Source: a virus
Taxonomy: Duplodnaviria; Caudoviricetes
Length of the DNA: 64,000 nucleotides
Reading direction: 5' to 3' (one strand)
IMG/VR virus record: IMGVR_UViG_3300028591_000214
Span: 442-64,441 of that record
In this document: in pieces, positions 60,727 to 64,000 of the stretch
Position numbering within the stretch: position 1 is the stretch's first letter
Layout: every line of letters starts with the position of its first letter
Program-made: the position numbers and the translations under genes
Notes under the pieces: model-generated
The model's input: only the letters and a program-made list of their open reading frames with translations
What the model was told of the DNA's origin: nothing
Database searches by the model: none

Positions 60727-61110
60727 ATGGCTAGACGAAAAAAATTAATAATACCAGACGAGTATTGTGAATGGAATGAAAAAATAATTAAACAATGTTC
60801 TAATATTGATATTAAATATGTAGAAACTGTAATTACAGAACTAGAATCGAAATATAGGAATAATGAGTATGATTTTGTAATAGATTCTGTGAAGAACCTT
60901 TATAAGTATTTGACTAATGAAGAAAGTAAGAAAATAGTTAAGAGAGTTTTAATTAAGAATAGTTTATGGTTTTTACAAAGGATGAAGTATTGTAAAAGTT
61001 TATGTGATGATTATTATAGTTTAGACGAAGAAGAACAAAAGACCAGAGAAATAATATTTAAAAAATTATTATGTGATCATATTAAAATTTTAGTTGATAA
61101 TGAAATCTAA
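60727..61110 (+). CDS. Hypothetical protein, 127 aa
   Basis: TATAAATA at 60705-60712 upstream and a terminator downstream. Confidence 0.65.
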   Translation: MARRKKLIIPDEYCEWNEKIIKQCSNIDIKYVETVITELESKYRNNEYDFVIDSVKNLYKYLTNEESKKIVKRVLIKNSLWFLQRMKYCKSLCDDYYSLDEEEQKTREIIFKKLLCDHIKILVDNEI

Positions 61111-61135
61111 TTAGGAATTAAAATGAATCTGGTAG

Positions 61136-61178
61136 CAGAATGGTTTTATTTGAGAAAATAAAACCATTCTGTTTTTTT
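61136..61178 (+). terminator. Intrinsic terminator
   Basis: cagaatggttttatt pairs with aataaaaccattctg, followed by T7. Confidence 0.85.
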
Positions 61179-61213
61179 ACCGTTTATTATATAAAATATA
61201 ACGAGCAGTTAAA

Positions 61214-62407
61214 ATGATAACTCAGAAGAAATTATTATTAGGAATAGACTGGACAAATATAATGTTCAGATCTTTATTTATGTCATCTACATTCGGAAAT
61301 AATTCATATAAAGATGTAGATGAATTACAATCATTTATATGTAAATTTGGCCAAGATTTGGCATATCTATTTAAGATTTTCTGTCCGGATAAGGTTTTAA
61401 TAATGACAGATGGCAGAAATGCATGGAGAAAAGACTTATTACCAAAAGATGATGCCGGTGCCGGATATAAGGCAAACAGAGAAAAAGATGATAGATGGGA
61501 TTGGGATAAGATTTATGAATATGCAGATAAATTAAAAGATATAATGAAATCAAAAGGGTTTGATTTCTGTGAAGTTTCTAGAGGGGAGGCAGATGATTTA
61601 TTATGCATGTCTAAGGAATTAGTATTTGAAAAACATAATGACTGGAATCTTATTTTAGTATCATCTGATGCAGATATTCGTCAACTTGCTGATTTTAATA
61701 AGAATAATAAGCAATACTGTATTGTGTATAATCCTGTTTCATTAAAAGGCGGAATCAGGAGATTATTTGTAACCAAAGATTTTTTTGAATGGTGGAGCTC
61801 AGAAGAAAATGAAGTAAATGATATATTTTTTAGTAATATCAATAATGATAAAAATAGATTAAAAACTATCATAGCCAACGCATCCAATAAAGTCAAGCTT
61901 GAAATTATTAATCCTAATGATATTGTATTAAGTAAAATGTTCTGTGGAGATAATAGTGATAATATTCCAAGTTTTTATACATGGTATAATAATAAAGGTA
62001 AACTCTCCAGAGTAACAGAATCTAAATTCAAGAAACTTCAGGAGGCATTATCTATAAATTCTGTAGAGGACTTATTAATAAAAGAGAATCTTATCAAGGA
62101 TTCATTAGAGCCGATTATTAAAAAAGATATGAATGATATAGATATTCACAAAAAATTGGAAACTCAAAAACTTCTTGTAGAATTAAAATCGGACAATTTT
62201 CCTGATAATATAAAAGGATATAAGGCAGATATTGAATTGATGATATCAGATGATATTAAGATTATACCTAAGCATTTTAATATTCATGAACTGTTTAAAG
62301 ATACGGAATTTGAAGAATTCTTACAAAGGAAAGATAATTCAGAACAGAAAGTATTTAAAGATTTAGATAAGTATATAACTAAAAATAATTTAACACAGTT
62401 ATGGTAA
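61214..62407 (+). CDS. 5'-3' exonuclease / T4 RNase H (FEN1-like), 397 aa
   Basis: LGIDWTN, TDGRNAWRK, YKANR, EADDLL, SSDADIRQL and GDNSDNIP. Confidence 0.88.
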   Translation: MITQKKLLLGIDWTNIMFRSLFMSSTFGNNSYKDVDELQSFICKFGQDLAYLFKIFCPDKVLIMTDGRNAWRKDLLPKDDAGAGYKANREKDDRWDWDKIYEYADKLKDIMKSKGFDFCEVSRGEADDLLCMSKELVFEKHNDWNLILVSSDADIRQLADFNKNNKQYCIVYNPVSLKGGIRRLFVTKDFFEWWSSEENEVNDIFFSNINNDKNRLKTIIANASNKVKLEIINPNDIVLSKMFCGDNSDNIPSFYTWYNNKGKLSRVTESKFKKLQEALSINSVEDLLIKENLIKDSLEPIIKKDMNDIDIHKKLETQKLLVELKSDNFPDNIKGYKADIELMISDDIKIIPKHFNIHELFKDTEFEEFLQRKDNSEQKVFKDLDKYITKNNLTQLW

Positions 62408-62697
62408 TTACAGGAAAGAATTTTCTTAAAGTAGGAACAACATATTTTGATTTAACTACATTATGTTCTTTTAAGTTTTATCCTGATTATAAAGGATATA
62501 TTAAGATGCATATGTATTTTTTATCTCGTGAAACTCCTATTAAGGTAAATATAAAAAATAAAAATGAATTATGTGAATTTATTTATAGACTAGATGCTTA
62601 TTTAGATGAAGAAATGAGAGGCTCTTTACAGTCACTTATTGAGCAAATAGACAAGATGAAACAAGATGATAATAAATTACATAGAAATAAAAAATAA
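62401..62697 (+). CDS. Hypothetical protein, 98 aa
   Basis: Overlaps the exonuclease stop by 7 nt. Confidence 0.6.
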   Translation: MVITGKNFLKVGTTYFDLTTLCSFKFYPDYKGYIKMHMYFLSRETPIKVNIKNKNELCEFIYRLDAYLDEEMRGSLQSLIEQIDKMKQDDNKLHRNKK

Positions 62698-62761
62698 AAT
62701 AATATAATCACATTTTTATTTTTCAGATAAATAAATTAAATTAGTTAAAAAATAATATAAT

Positions 62762-63382
62762 ATGGCATCAAGAGAAAATAATGGTTGGAGTAAAGGTACT
62801 TTAGGTCTGCCACATTACAGATCTTCACGTATTTCAACTTCTATGGCAGAGCCAATATATCTTAATCTTTTTACTGTTCAGTTGACAGCGCCTGCAGCGC
62901 TTGCTGATCAATGGGATCAAGAATCTATGAATTTAATGCTCGAAGGAGTACAAGATATTCAAGGTTTGAATTCAGATACATTCCCAGGTGGAGCATTTAC
63001 TCAAAAATATAAACATGCAGATCGTTCATTTATTAATGCTGTTCCTTCTCAAACTTATATGGATATTACAATCAATTTTGCATTGAATATGCGACCAGAT
63101 TCTGATACTCCTGATAATTTTACATACAAGTTCTTAAGACAGTGGAATGATCTTGTTTATGACCCAATGACAGGTCGCACAGGTTTGAAAAAGAATTATG
63201 TAGCTCCTAATATGACTATTACAATGCAGGATCGTGAAGGTGTTCCTTTCTGGCAATGGATATTATATAATGTATTTCCTACCAAAGCTCTTGAAGGTCC
63301 AGCATTAAATTATACATCAAACGAACCAATGAAAGCGTCATTAGGTTTAAGATGTGATTATTGGGATGAGTGTATGCTTTAA
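62762..63382 (+). CDS. Tail tube protein (T4 gp19-like), 206 aa
   Basis: [33 protein letters not shown] and LYNVFPT...LNYTS...LRCDYW. Confidence 0.8.
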   Translation: MASRENNGWSKGTLGLPHYRSSRISTSMAEPIYLNLFTVQLTAPAALADQWDQESMNLMLEGVQDIQGLNSDTFPGGAFTQKYKHADRSFINAVPSQTYMDITINFALNMRPDSDTPDNFTYKFLRQWNDLVYDPMTGRTGLKKNYVAPNMTITMQDREGVPFWQWILYNVFPTKALEGPALNYTSNEPMKASLGLRCDYWDECML

Positions 63383-63408
63383 TAAAGATTAAGATTATAA
63401 AAAATAAG

Positions 63409-63445
63409 ATAAGTTGCTTCTATTATAGGAGTAACTTATTTTTTT
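63409..63445 (+). terminator. Intrinsic terminator after the tail tube gene
   Basis: ataagttgcttcta pairs with taggagtaacttat (two G-U pairs), followed by a T run. Confidence 0.75.
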
Positions 63446-63456
63446 ATAAATATAAT

Positions 63457-64000
63457 ATGAATAACAATATATTAAATAGAATACTGATTGAGTGGAAAGA
63501 TTCTGATATAGAGGATTCTGGATTAATTAGAGTGTCTGATGTAGAACACTGGATAAAATATCACTTTGTCTATAAAATAGATGAGCCGGGGCAAATAAAA
63601 ATATTTAATAATAATAGTGTATATGATGATTATATACAAGAATTTAAAGATAAAGTCTATATACACGGAGAACATGTTCAATTAGATAAAGATGGATATA
63701 CAGTAAATGAATATGAACCAGGTGAATATAGAGTATATATAGAAGGTTTTGATAAGGTTAAAGAAATTATTAGTTGTGCTTTTGAATTTTGCAGGAGCCT
63801 TTCTTTAGTGACCATCCCCAACTCAGTGACTTTGATTGACAAATGGGCCTTCAATAGTTGCACTGGCTTGACCTCGGTGACCATCCCCAACTCGGTGACG
63901 ACGATTGGCTACGCAGCCTTCTCTTATTGCGAAGGCCTGACTTCAGTGACCATCCCCAGCTCGGTGGTTGAGATTGACGTAGGTGTCTTTGGTGGTTGCA
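63457..64000 (+). CDS. Leader-family BspA-type LRR protein, truncated by the window edge
   Basis: Not in the ORF track. [29 protein letters not shown]...[28 protein letters not shown] followed by three or more VTIPNSVT.I...AF repeats. Confidence 0.9.
   Translation, partial: MNNNILNRILIEWKDSDIEDSGLIRVSDVEHWIKYHFVYKIDEPGQIKIFNNNSVYDDYIQEFKDKVYIHGEHVQLDKDGYTVNEYEPGEYRVYIEGFDKVKEIISCAFEFCRSLSLVTIPNSVTLIDKWAFNSCTGLTSVTIPNSVTTIGYAAFSYCEGLTSVTIPSSVVEIDVGVFGGC

Noticed and set aside
12900-64000. Diversity-generating retroelement acting on the LRR genes
   Set aside because: No reverse transcriptase or Avd gene is in the window, and differences between LRR copies are not restricted to adenines. No template/variable repeat pair is evident, although an RT elsewhere in the genome cannot be excluded.
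1-64000. Alternative genetic code (TAG = Gln), as in Lak megaphages
   Set aside because: Late genes up to 1859 aa are uninterrupted in the standard code. The one TAG stop examined (12923-12925) is followed immediately by TGA, which gives no evidence of read-through.
1-64000. tRNA, rRNA, integrase or transposase genes
   Set aside because: No cloverleaf-compatible GC-rich segment or recombinase/transposase motif was recognised by eye. A tRNAscan-SE or HMM run would be needed to exclude them formally.

Overview
AT-rich (roughly 25-30% GC) 64 kb segment of a large T4-like (myovirus-type) jumbo phage genome in the standard genetic code. The host is most likely a gut or rumen Bacteroidota member such as Prevotella, inferred from three TAnnTTTG host-type promoters, Prevotella-style BspA LRR modules and a B12-dependent NrdJ. 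Virion genes are interleaved with replication and recombination genes. The virion set includes gp6/gp7-like baseplate, gp15-like terminator, gp26/gp51-like hub, gp19-like tube, several 1.6-1.9 kaa structural proteins and a cluster of putative internal head proteins. The replication set includes UvsW, UvsY, UvsX, a RuvC-like resolvase, clamp loader, NAD ligase, 5'-3' exonuclease and NrdJ, plus a gp55-like late sigma, DnaJ, thioredoxin and two glycosyltransferases. Three observations stand out. (1) Seven genes share a ~30-aa N-terminal leader (LNEILIEWD...GIIK) fused to unrelated payloads. (2) In three of them a conserved AT-rich scaffold carries variable, more GC-rich LRR cassettes (~52% GC in two of them) that look host-derived. 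(3) There is a candidate programmed +1 frameshift (CUU-UAA plus a 22-bp hairpin) joining the gp26-like and gp51-like genes. All functional calls come from motif recognition by eye; no searches were run. No tRNA, rRNA, CRISPR array, integrase or reverse transcriptase was recognised.
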